From Raja brachyura (taxonomy: Eukaryota): a DNA stretch of 64,000 bases. Positions 52,501 to 64,000 of the stretch are shown here, in pieces. The notes beneath the pieces were generated by a model. The model was not told the origin of the DNA. It worked only from the letters and a program-made list of their open reading frames with translations, and did not search any database. Position numbers and translations under genes: made by a program. The stretch lies in contig OY740811.1 of the NCBI GenBank assembly GCA_963514005.1, forward strand, positions 24,924,001 through 24,988,000, written 5' to 3'. The first letter of the stretch is position 1. Each line of letters begins with the position of its first letter.

Positions 52501-55500
52501 ATAAAACAGGTAATGGTCAAAGTTTCTTTTTTTGGAAGGGGGAGGAGGCGGGGAAGGAAGACATGGTCCAGACTGTTGAAATGAGGCCGTGCCCTGAAGC
52601 AGACAGTGTTATGGCCATACTTTTTTCTGCTTGTGTGTCTGTTGAAGGGTCAAAAGTTCAGCCTGTCCAATTTGGAGATAGGAGCAGGCAGGAGGGCTGG
52701 AATGCAATGCTGTAAAACTGCTTCTCCTCCTTTCCCTTATGACCCGCCTCTCTGCCTCCACATGCTGTGAGGAGGATCAACTCTACGGCTGGCTATGTGT
52801 AACGAAGACTGCCATTGTCTCTCTCTGCCTGTCCTGATTATCCTTTCCATTGAGAGGTTAAAACCCCTAGTGGGGGGGCTTTTATATATGCCGCTAACAG
52901 TAAAAAAAAACTTTTCCTGGATCTAAGTATTCTGTTTTTTAAATAACAATTAGTCATCTATGTACAATAAAATCCACTACATACAGTAGTAAACATTATT
53001 GGATTCTCAATTTGATCCAATTATCCACATTGGATTTCTACTGCAAAGTGGAATTCATCTGCTGTTATAACAGCAACATAGTGATGTATAGTGATGTAGT
53101 AAAGTGTGCTATGTTGCTTTTAATTTTTATCTTTAAAGCCTTTGTTTTCTTCCACGATAATACATTTAATTTAGAGTTATTGCTGTGTTCATCGACAAGC
53201 CTGTACAAGAAAACCGTGGCTGAATACAGAGTTTCCTCCGATAACAAGTTTAGATTTTGGTGTGCAAGAAGAAAGGAACAGTTTGAGAAAAAAGTTTGTT
53301 GGGAATGTTTACAGCATCTGCAATTTTTTATTTCTACTAACACAATGATACTCTTACTCAGTAATCCCGTACTCGGTTATAGTGGACAATTGGCAATAAT
53401 GGACATCGTTTTCCCCTTATGGTCCATTGTAACAAGGGTTTGCTGTATGGGCCAGTCCTCCAACTCAAAGTAGATGCAAAGGGTCTTGTATGTTTCCTCA
53501 GACCAGTATTGCATGACTTTCTGTACCACACCATCCTGCTTCAATTTCGGGCGTAGAACCTCGGCCAACTCATCAGATTTACCAAAGTGCAGTCAAAAGA
53601 TGAAGTGGTAGGCGTCTTTGATGGATGTGTGGTGTTCTAACAATATTTTGGGAGGGTGGAACAACTGATGTGTTTAACAAAATATTATGCGATTGGTTTC
53701 TTTCTTAATTGACTTGGCATTATCCAATGGTCCAAACTGCCCGTCCAATGTAGTTCCTCTCTGATTAAAAATCACTAGTTTTATATAGAGCAGGGGTTCT
53801 GTTCTGCCGCTCCTATATTGAAGGTTTACTTGTGTTCGTAGTGAAGTTTGCTGTGAAATGCGGTTGAAAATTAAAGACCCCTCATCAGATGCATGCCATC
53901 TCCTCTGACACCTGTAGGCAAATAATAGATGACTTGACTACTGTAAATTGTCCCTGTTGTGTGATTGAGTGGTAGAACTTGTGAAGAGTTGATGGGCATG
54001 TGGGAGAAATGGTTACAAAGAAAATTAGTCAGTGAGCCTGTTTAATTCAAAGGTCTGAAGTGTTTTCCTATGTTGTAAGAAAATATCAAAATAAAATTAA
54101 CGGGTAGGATGTTGAAATGCCACTTGCAAATGGTTCTGGAATTTTACCCTCTGAACATTTTATTCTAAAGGGCATGGAATTGCTTGGTAAAACGTTACCT
54201 AGTGAGAGGGGAGTCAATTCATGATGTTGACTTGTGAGATCCTGGCAAGTTGAATTTAAATCATATGGATGAAAGACAGTGGCTATGGGGATTTGACTGC
54301 GGACTCCATCCTTTTAAGTCTGCCCTCTGAAATTAAGAAGTTGGTGAGGTGGATAGAATTTCTGCTCATCTTGGGATTCAGGAGAAATTCAACTCGTGCT
54401 GTTCTGAACAAGGAACCAAGCATTACTGAGTCACTGGGTGAGCTTCATCCATCACTTTACTCCCTGCTCCATCGCACGCAGCCCCTGAAGAAATGTTAGC
54501 TTTTGACTTAATTTCCTTTTTAGCTTTCATCGCTGCTTTCCTGTCCCTGCACCAACTAATATTCAAGTCTCCATTGTGCTAGCTCTCTTTTGAAACATTC
54601 AATAAGGATATCACACTTCAGCCTGGAAACTTAAGTGGGTCCATTGAAAAGAAGTGTAGGAGCACCCTGATTAGGAACTGCTATAAATATCATTTCCCAT
54701 GAAGAAATCTGTATAATTGAGGCAGACATTTTTAATTTAGAATACATGAAATAGATTTAGGTGATTTTTGCTCATTTGCCGCTATTATAATTTGTGGATT
54801 TTCGAGTTCCCTTTGATCAATCATTTAATATATATCCATCTTTGAGTTCCATACATTGTTTAATGTAACAGAGTAATGATGCTGGTTGATTACCACAAAG
54901 TCCAAATGATTAAGCAATTCAGTAAATTAGTTAAGTTATTATTGAGGATAAGACACGTACTCAAGTTGTTATCTGTTCTCATGTGAAATGAGGCAGAGTC
55001 CACTGGTTCAAAAGGTCATAACCTTTTCTCTGCTGGTCACTGCAGATTCTTGGAGCTCAGATGTGGAGGTGGGAGTAGAATAGTATTAGCAACAATGGAA
55101 GTGTATATCACTTTCAGAGCAGCAATGGCAATATAGCCCTTTTACCTACTGTACTTGTACCTATTTCTAAGCATCAGGCATAACAAAGCTTTTGGAACTA
55201 CTGAATGAATGCAAATGTAATTAGATTTTTCTTTCTTGGGAATTGTGTTCTGATCTCTCAGTTTTACTGGCCCTGAGGTTTCAGCCAGTGCTGAGCACCT
55301 TCCTTAGGGTGATAATTGTGGCACTGCTCCATGCAGTCTACATCTTCAAAGTGTTTACATGAGAAACATCAAAAAGTTGTAATGGCAAAAAATATGGGAT
55401 TCATTTCAAACCTAATTTGGCCTGGGAACAAATATATTTCCTGGGCCAATTTTGAGAAAAGTAATGCCACAATTTATGTTGCATGACTACAGTGTTTATT

Positions 55501-57267
55501 AATATAAACCCTATACTGTAGTTTTCACACATCTCATTGAATCTGTAAGTTTTTAACAGCCTAGGTTATATTTTCATCTATATCCTCTCAAAACATCCTG
55601 CGTACATGCTGATTGTGTGCAAAAAAACTGTATGACAGAAAAACGCCTTGCTTTTTATACTTTAGGTGAATTAGATAATACGTTTTGAAAGTAGTTTGTA
55701 TTTATTAGCTTGATGTCTACTGTATATACCTACATGTGGGAAATTGGTAATATTGATTAGAACGTGAGCAGGTTCTATTGCAGCATCTTCCACATCCTAG
55801 GGTATGAATGAAGTGCAAATTGCCACAGCTTATAGGGTGGATATTTACTGTACAGTTAGTTGCTTTATGTTAAGAATAAAAACACATGTGGAGAATATGC
55901 CACAGGAGCACAATACATCATGCTAACTTTTGGTACCTGGTTTCAAGATCGTAGATGGCTAAGCTGATTTATTTTCTTCTTGAGCCTTTGAAGACTATAC
56001 GAGAAGTGAAAAGTAGGAAATCAAAGATATAATCCAAAATGGTAGAAGACACCTGCAAAAATGAAGCAATTCTCTGGCATGACCAACCTTAGTCATGCAT
56101 GGGTTTAACTATCAACTGCACTAAGGAGGATTTAACCACTCATCTCAGTATCTCAATAATTCTGTTTAATATCTGGGAAGATATGCAAAGAGCAATATAG
56201 TTAAGAGAACTGTTCATGCATGTTGACATACTTTCTTTAAATAGGTTTGATTTTTTTGTAAACGTGCATGTTAAAATAAAGCTATATAAATTCAAGGTTG
56301 TATATTTTATGGTCTTGCACAGTAATTTACAGGAGTTGTTTCTCTTCACACACTGTATTAAACACTATGGCATTTTGGAAAGCATGTTTTATGCGAGTGT
56401 ATATTTTGTTAGCTGTGACATAGTATTGAGAAGCCTACCTGTGGTTCAATGAAGCCTTTGTCTATCAATCTCTAAAACAACATAACATTTTCTTTCTTTA
56501 AAGGTTGGGTAGATGTTTTCCAACTCTGTCTAATATTTGTGTCCAATGCCTGAATGAAGGAATGTTTGATAACAAACTTGTTAACCTTGTTTTATTCAAA
56601 TTATTGATGAACACTGTAATAAACATTAAACATTTATTTTTGTGGATTGGTTTTGAGCATTATATTGTTAAACATCTGAAGCATGATAATACGTAGGACT
56701 ATAAATTGGCATGTTTCAAACCAAGATAGAAGAACAAGCAGATGTGGCAATTCATGCTGTCTTTGTTATTATACTGATACAGCTGATCCACAACTTGTTT
56801 AGAAAGCTACAATCTGAAGCTTTGGAGTTGAAACCGGATAGGAAATGACAAATTGGTGGTTGCCTGACCTGATCTGTCAATCTAAATGCAGATGCCTGGT
56901 CCTTATCCACTGCTCTAATACTAATGCCCCTTTGTAAGAACCATGCATACTTTTATTAACATCGTTTCAGAAAAGTAACTAATAGTGCAATTTCCTTCCC
57001 TTCCATGTGCTGTCAATGTCTCCTTTGGTGGATGTTCTCAGGTAAGGGTTTCAGTTTGTTCTGCATGTTATTTCACAAAAGGAACCAGATTTCATGTAGC
57101 AGTAGTAATGTAAACTCAGTATTGAAGATATGGAGTTCAGTAGTTTTCATTTAAAGAAATTGTTCACAACTGTGCCATGCAACATTCCTGTACAAACCGT
57201 ACAATTTCTATCTACTTGATTTTGCGAATGTTCATCTTTTACGACTTGAAATTAGTAATATTCTATT

Positions 57268-57455
57268 AGACACAAAGAACTGCAGATGTTGGTTGCAAAA
57301 AAAGATATAGAGCTGGAGTAACTCAATGCGTCAGGTGGCATCTCTGGAGAACATGGATAGGTGATGTTTTGGGTCGGGACCCTTCCCGAAAAGCCACCCA
57401 GACATGATCTCCAGGAATGCTACCTGACCTACTGAGTTGCTCCAGCACTTCGTCT
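57268..57455. mobile_element. Head-to-head inverted Penelope terminal repeats
   Basis: GCTGGAGTAACTCAATGCGTCAGGTGGCAT ... ATGCTACCTGACCTACTGAGTTGCTCCAGC arms; hammerhead core lost at the junction. Confidence 0.8.
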
Positions 57456-57728
57456 TTTTTTTTTATAATCTATGTAATTACATATTTGCATCAAGAAGCA
57501 ACTTGAAACTTAACCAAGCATGGGAAAAGGTTTCACAACTGCAATAGTATCTAGAAATTGTATTAATATGTTTTCTGTTTTATATGTACCGATGGAGGCC
57601 AAATTTGTTTTTTCGTACTTTGTGTTTTGTTGTGTCTGGTATTGTGAATTGGCGTCATGTCTCTTTGGGGCAGAAATGGAAGTTGGATTGTGATCATTTA
57701 GAAAAAGTATGAGAAACACTGCTATCTC

Positions 57729-57915
57729 AAGGGCCTGTCCCACTTTCCCGAGTTACTCACGAATTCTCCCGAGTTTTCCCCTTGATTCAAACCGGGAGAA
57801 TGTCCGTAGCGAGTCCGTAGGAGTCCGTAGATATATCGTAGCAGCTCGTTATGCCAGCCGTAGGTACTCGGAGCATCAGGTAAGTCGGGACGTTTTTTCC
57901 GCCTCCGTCCATAGG
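57729..57915. mobile_element. One end of a PIF/Harbinger-like non-autonomous element
   Basis: Starts AAGGGCCTGTCCCACTT and is CpG-rich with short internal repeats (TCCGTAG x3, CCCGAG x2); matching second TIR not found. Confidence 0.5.
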
Positions 57916-59879
57916 AGCGGTACATTGATTTCTCTTGCTAATGTTGTGTAGTGCCCACTCTGCACTTGTGGATAGCGTTGCACAGTGAGGGGTAAGAGAA
58001 AATTTAAACATAGGAGGAAATTCTTATTACTTTTTTCCTCCTTTTCACCAGTGGGAAATGGGGATTTTAGGTCATGAAGGAATTGCATTAAGACTTTAGC
58101 CAGTCACATTGGATGCCATCTCCTGCCCTGCTCCCTCCTCCCACCTTCCACATTGTAATGGGGGGAAACTCCCTGCACTGGTGAATGCAACTACTTACCA
58201 GCAGGAAAATGAAACTCCAAATGTACCATTGCCTTCAAACATTGTTCTGTGTTGCAAGCTCTTCTAGAAGTAAGAGCTAAGACCGTGGTCTGTGGTCTCT
58301 GGTTTTCGATGAAACCATTACTGGTGGTGTCTGGTTTTAATATGGTCGACTTGTCTCCCACAATATTGTAATGGCTGTTTTTGGGTTTACCACTAGGATA
58401 TTTTTCACCCCTGCGCACTCTCAATACAGTTTTTCTTTTTGAGATAATTAAAGCCTGCTAATGCAAGTTAATTAAACTAAATTGTCATTTTTTATTTCAT
58501 CTATTTATGAACAAAGATAATATGTGTATTGTGCATAATTTACCTTGATTTGGATAAACCTTTGCGTCCTCATTTGGTTCTGATAATGCCTAGTCATTTA
58601 AAAAAATAAAAGATCTGAAGTACTTGGTTCTAGAATTAAACTCTAATCTTATAGCTAACATGTCTGCATCCAAAGTGATCAGAGCTTATTCACTTCAAAT
58701 CATTGTGCATGCTGTCTGAAAGGAAGCCTGAGTGGGGATTACTCGGTGTGATGGAGGTCTGAACTGAGCTATTTTCAGCATTGCATGTATTCTCAGTCTG
58801 TTGTCAGAGTTAGCAGTATTCCTTTTGCACCAAGTTGTGACTTGGAAAGCACAAAGGAAATGCACAGTCATTTAGGTCTAACTCCCTTTTCATTATAAAT
58901 GGAGTATCATCTAATTGTTGTTGACTTTCACAGTGAAATTACCTAGCCATCAAAAGTAGAACCTCTCACCAAATCAGAACAGAAAAAAAATCTACAAAAC
59001 CAAAAGGCAAGTTTGACCCTTTTTCTAGGTCGAGTAACTGCCCCACACTTCCTGATCACACTTCCCCTACTGTTAAGAGAAAATATATAATGCCAAGAAT
59101 TCTATCCTGAGATTCGCATCCACAATGCTGTGTAGTGGTAATGTGGGCTTAGCCATCCATGTTCAGGAGGAAATACTTCCAGTTTGCTCCTCACTGTGGT
59201 TTATATGCAATTATAGCTACCGAGACGATAACTGTGTCATAGCTATTCAAACATCGCTTTGTGAAGAGTTCACAATTTATTCTAAGAAGTGTGGAAATTC
59301 CTTTTTTAAAGCAAGTCTATTTTTACACTCTCATTTTTACATTTGTCATTTCAATAGTTGTATCTCAAATTAAGACATAAATATGTTTTCCAATTTAATA
59401 ACATTAAATTATTGGAAATTTGAAGATTTTAATACAATATACACCTCTACCCATCATTTACTTAAAGGCACCGTTGTTTAACTCAATCATGGGAAAAATA
59501 AAATTGTTTGGAGTGGAGTGGCTGCAGTTGTTTAAACTTGTTTTATAAATCTTTTTTAAATACATAATCTGCTTATCAGGAGTGATAACAATTTTAGGTA
59601 ATTAAATGACTAGCCATGTCTCATGATATAAATGTGGAGTTTAATTGTTTCCTCGTTCTATAAACAAATAGATAGGCTGAAAATTGAACTGTCACTGCAA
59701 ACCTTACATATCCACTGCCGCTTTGATTCCTGTGACCCTCATTGTAATGGAGTTAGGGACTTCCAAGAGATATTTAGCCTTCATTTGTGTTTTTTTCGTC
59801 AAGATGCAAAACCCTTCCCTAGAAATTGGGACATCACAGTTTTTTTTTACCCACATGCTGAATTGTTTTGGAGCCCATT

Positions 59880-60170
59880 TTTAGGCCTAACCAATGCTTC
59901 ACTCAGCTGTAACATGTCTTGCCAACTTTAATTCTCGATGCCACCACCAATGAAGGCAAGTATGCCGTATTCCTTCTTTACCCCCCGATCTATTTGTATT
60001 GCCACTTTCAAGGAATTATGAACGAGCACCCCAAATTGCTTTTTTACATCAATGCTTCTAAAGATCATGTAATTTACTTCATACCTCGTACATATGACTT
60101 CCCAAAGTGGAACATAGGATCATATAGTATAGAAACCGGGCCTCCAGCCCATGTCTATGCTGACAAATCA
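59880..60170 (-). mobile_element. Old CR1 fragment and tail
   Basis: Reverse-complement AYLPSLV/GGIE region (ATGAAGGCAAGTATGCC) and ATAGAAACCGGGCC tail. Confidence 0.6.
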
Positions 60171-60944
60171 TAGGATTTCAGCAACAAGGAACGTTATATT
60201 AAAAAAAGTATCAGGATGTAAGTTGGCTACACGGTCATGGGGTACAGAGAGAGTGTCCGTGAGGAAGTGTAGGGATGACAGAGGTTCCTCCTGCACTTTG
60301 ATTTTTGCTCAAGATTCCATATCTGTTTGCTGCTTTGCTTATTCATTCAAATCGTCCGTTGCAAAGACTGTTCACAGCATGATTCCTCAAATAGGATTTC
60401 AAAACGTGCTGCACAGATGATCAGCCTCCATACAATATGTGAAGCAAGCATTCATAACAGAAGGGAGCTGTAGAAACGGGATTAAATCTTGTACAATGAG
60501 CTTTTGTAATCAAGTGATTCTTGGTGGCTTGGATACGATGAATCATTGCTTACCTACATGTGCAGGAGGGAAAATTCAAAAAGTCCTATTTGAAGGCATT
60601 CTCTTCTACCTTTGACTGGAATAGTTTTAATGCATGTCCGTGAGCTGGGTTGTATGGGTAGGAAAGCAGTTTTACACTTGGTTTTTATTAGATTTACTTG
60701 GACATTTAAGTTATTTGTGGAAATAAAAATCAACCTTTGTTTTAAACAATCACTGAAGCGATGCATGGATATACTGAATCAATATGGTTGAAGATTTTTT
60801 AATACAAGTCTAATCTGCAGGGTGCACTGACACATCAGAATATTGTTAGGTATCTTCTCAAACAGATATATTATGTTGTAGCCTTTGTCCAGTTACTCAT
60901 CTTTGTAGTCTTCCTCCATGGGATTGTTTTTATACAATGTGCAT

Positions 60945-61190
60945 GAAGGTGTATAAAATCATGAATGGAATAGTGTGAATGCACAAAGTCTATTGCCTAG
61001 CGTAGGGGAATCAAGATCCTGAGGGGCAACGTTTCCACACAGAGGTGGTGGGTATATGGAATGAGCTGCCAGAGAAGGTAGATGAGGCAGCTACTACAAC
61101 AACATTTAAAGGACATTTGGAAAGGTACATGGATATGAAGGAAAGGTTTAGAGGGATATGCTCCAATTGTGGGCAGGTAGGGCTGCTGGA
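60945..61190 (+). mobile_element. Old CR1 3' fragment
   Basis: TTTCCACACAGAGGTGGTGGGTATATGGAATGAGCTGCCAGAG (F.QRVV..WNELP motif). Confidence 0.75.
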
Positions 61191-61514
61191 AAATGGAAGA
61201 AAATTATTTAGTGGCTAAGCTCATGCAGATTTCTGTTCACCGTTCTGGCAGAGAGTGCCTATAATCAATGAGATTTTCTGGAAGAGGACTGTGCATGATG
61301 AAAGGGCACCGGAAGGTGCGTGGGACCCTAGGACTCTTGAATAGAAGGGATGCCATGACCTTCACTGGACTTAACTGAAATCTTGGCTCCTTAAATCAAT
61401 GAGCATGACGGTTATGATACTTCAAGTGTCTACAGATTTTAAATTAAGGCTAGCCATTCCTGGAGTAGAAAATACTGTCTTTGAAATCAGTGTTTGGAAA
61501 CAACATTCTCCTTA

Positions 61515-61670
61515 TAACCATATAACAATTACAGCACGGAAACAGGCCTTCTCGGCCCTTCCAGTCCGTGCCGACCATTTATTTTCCCCTAGTCCCATCT
61601 ACCTGCAATCAGACCATACCCCTCCATTCCCTTCCCGTCCATATACCTATCCACTTTACTTTTAAATGTT
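61515..61670 (-). mobile_element. CR1/HER1 3' tail
   Basis: ACAGCACGGAAACAGGCCTTCTCGGCCC; ATAAC-like terminal repeat. Confidence 0.7.
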
Positions 61671-63074
61671 AAAATCTTGGCTGAACATTTTGAAAACCAT
61701 GTCCTGTGAGATGATCTAGTGTGCAATGGCGTCTCCATCAATTGTGGTATTCAGTTTCAAAGTAGCACTGCACAAATCTCTACTTCTGCTTAATGGTCAA
61801 GGTGTATTAAAGGGATAAATTGTAAAAGAACAGAGAAAAATAAGTGCAAACAGTGGCAGTAGTTATGAGCATGCTGTAATAATAATAGGTTATGTCCTCA
61901 TTGTATTTCAGAGCTGAAGCTGACAGAAAGTTTTCTCCTCAATCTGACTGTGCAGTGCTCTAGTTGCTATTAGATGGTGCCCCAGTTGCTTTATGGGATT
62001 GATTTCAGAGGATGAGCAATTGTACAACTGGTAACTTTTCATATGCTGTTTCCTGTCCAGTACTTTTAAACTGGTCTGGGGAGGAGGCTGCTGCTTTTGC
62101 AAATGCACAGGATCAGCCCATGTCCTTGTGTAAAGTATTGGATGAATGTTGTTATTTTTGATTGAGTATAAAAAATATGATTTATATTGATTTTATTCAT
62201 TTAATGTATTTTTATATGATGGTGATTGAGGAGAGAAGTAAAATGTCCAAAGGAGATGTGAATTGAATTTACCTGGTAATTTCTGAATCGTGTTTACAGC
62301 TAACCTGCAAAAATGTCTGCTTTATCTATCATTGGTCTGGTAATTTGTGATTGATTGATTGTTCTTGGAAGCTGTACTTTCAAAGTTTATTATGGTTCAG
62401 TGTTTTTGGTGGTATTTGTGCTTGTGATGAAACCAAACTTTAGTTTATTGGCGCGTGTACTGAGGTGGCGGAATAACAAACATTTATTATGTTTCAGAGG
62501 CATGTAGATAGTATTTGAATAGGCAGAGCACAGAAGGATACAGTTCTAATGTGGGCAAATGGTACCAGTGGCAGAAAGGTCAGCATGGACAAGCTGGGCC
62601 AAGGGGCCTGTTTCTGCTGTGTAACAATGACTGTGCCTATGTAATTATTTAAATAGTTATGAAGTTGTGCTCTTTTTCTCTCTGTGTATTTTTTTCAGAA
62701 TTAATCATAATTTTTAATATTCTACCTCTCATTTTGGATATTCTACCTCTCCCTTGAAACATCATTATTTTAAAATACATTAAATCAATAACATCATTGC
62801 ACATTTTATTTTTCAATTTTTGATTATAACAGCATTCATTCAATATGACACGAACAGATTTGAACATTTGCAAAAGCGGCAGCCTTTTCTCCAGACTAAT
62901 TTAGTAGAGACAAAATCAGGATTTGATGGCTGGTGAATTTTTGTGTTGATGACCCTTTAGCAAAAACATTTAAAGTCGCAAAGAAAAGGAGGTGCACAAG
63001 GGACAATTATGTGAAATATCCAAACCACCATTTCAGAGAGTACAGTTATATTGGTTTTGTGGATATAGATTTAC

Positions 63075-63686
63075 TGTATTTGTTGTTCAAGATGTGGATT
63101 GTTATACATCGGTGAGACCAAATGTAGACTGGCCGATCATTTCGCTGAACACCTTCGCTCAGTCTGCCTGGACGTACCTGATCTCCTGGTTAATAAACAC
63201 TTTAATTCCCCTTGGCATTCCCACACTGACCTTTTTGTCCTAGGCCTCCTCCATTGTCAGAGTGAGGCTAATCACAGATTGGAAGAACAGCATCTTGTAT
63301 TTTGCTTGGGCAGCTTACAACCCAGTGGTAAGAATATTGATTTTTCTAACTTCAAGTAAACCTTGCATTCCCTCTCTCTCCACCCCTCCCCCACCAGTCA
63401 CACCAGGTTCGCACAGGTCGCACCAGGTTCTCATTCTCACCTAGCAAACAGCTAACAATGGCCTGTTTCATCATCGTTACTTTTTTGCATATCTTTCATT
63501 CATTTGTTCTATATCTCTATATCACTGCCTGTATCTCTCGTTTCCCTTTCCCCTGACTAGTCTAAAGAAGGGTCTCAACCCGAATCACCCATTCCTTCTC
63601 TCCAGAGATGCTGCCTGAACCTCTGAGTTACTCCAGCATTTTGTGTCTATCTTCGGTTTAAACCAGCATCTGCAGTTCCTTCCTAT
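63075..63686 (+). mobile_element. 5'-truncated Penelope element: GIY-YIG endonuclease end, 3' UTR and terminal repeat
   Basis: ORF 63099-63359 reads LYIGETKCRLADHFAEHLRSV...HFN...LEEQHLVFCLGSLQPSGKNIDFSNFK*; followed by a decayed hammerhead (CTAAAGAAGGGTCTCAACCCGAA) and the conserved terminal repeat. Confidence 0.92.
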
Positions 63687-64000
63687 TCAAGATCCAATAG
63701 TCTGAGTTCCAGTAAATATCACACAGACTGTAAAATAAATAAATACAGGTTTGGATGTAGATAGACCCCAACATTTAACTGGTCTCATTAGGTCTTGGAA
63801 GTGTACTGCTTCGACCACAGCCAATGACTGAAGGCATTGTGTTACTTTGATTATAAGCAGTTTGGATAAAGGTGTTGCATGGCTGCCATTCAGAGACTGT
63901 CACCATGACAACATTCTTGCCTGTTCCCAGGCTTTGCTTGTCAATTATAGTCATCCTGTAATCAGCCTGTGACATGAGAATCTACTAGGCCTGATTTTAA

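Larger units (their letters stand above)
20362..64000 (+). other. SKI: SKI intron following the first coding exon (more than 43.6 kb, extends past the window)
   Basis: Canonical GTAAG donor; no downstream SKI-like peptide recognised. The equivalent intron is also very long in mammals. Confidence 0.75.

Noticed and set aside
53012-53473. 153-aa ORF as a possible nested gene or SKI exon
   Set aside because: Non-ATG start, AT-rich random-like composition, and no similarity to Ski C-terminal sequence or any domain I recognise.

Overview
This is AT-rich, repeat-dense vertebrate genomic DNA, most likely from an elasmobranch (skate, ray or shark). That assignment is inferred from an HE1-type V-SINE, HER1/CR1 LINEs and very abundant Penelope terminal repeats. 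The only host coding sequence I can support is the large first coding exon of the SKI proto-oncogene (19453-20361, +), which encodes the SMAD2/3-binding motif, the Dachshund-homology domain and the SAND-like SMAD4-binding domain. It is followed by more than 43 kb of intron in which I could not recognise the next exon. The rest of the window is decayed transposable elements: CR1, Rex1/Babar, Tx1/L1, Penelope, SINEs, and hAT- and Harbinger-type DNA elements, several nested with readable target-site duplications (TSDs). The most notable hidden signal is that the dispersed Penelope terminal repeats carry a minimal type I hammerhead ribozyme motif (CTGAnGA-stem II-GAAAC-GTH). About ten copies are present. 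Two have intact catalytic cores: 24135-24162, sense within the SKI intron and enclosed in a 30-bp hairpin, and 49492-49519, antisense. Other oddities are a perfect 31-bp palindrome built from a LINE tail, a ~260-bp local duplication not attributable to a TE, a 76-bp tandem duplication, two CpG-rich young elements, a possible splice acceptor upstream of the SKI ATG, and several enhancer-like intronic blocks. Boundaries of degraded repeats are approximate, and no searches were run.
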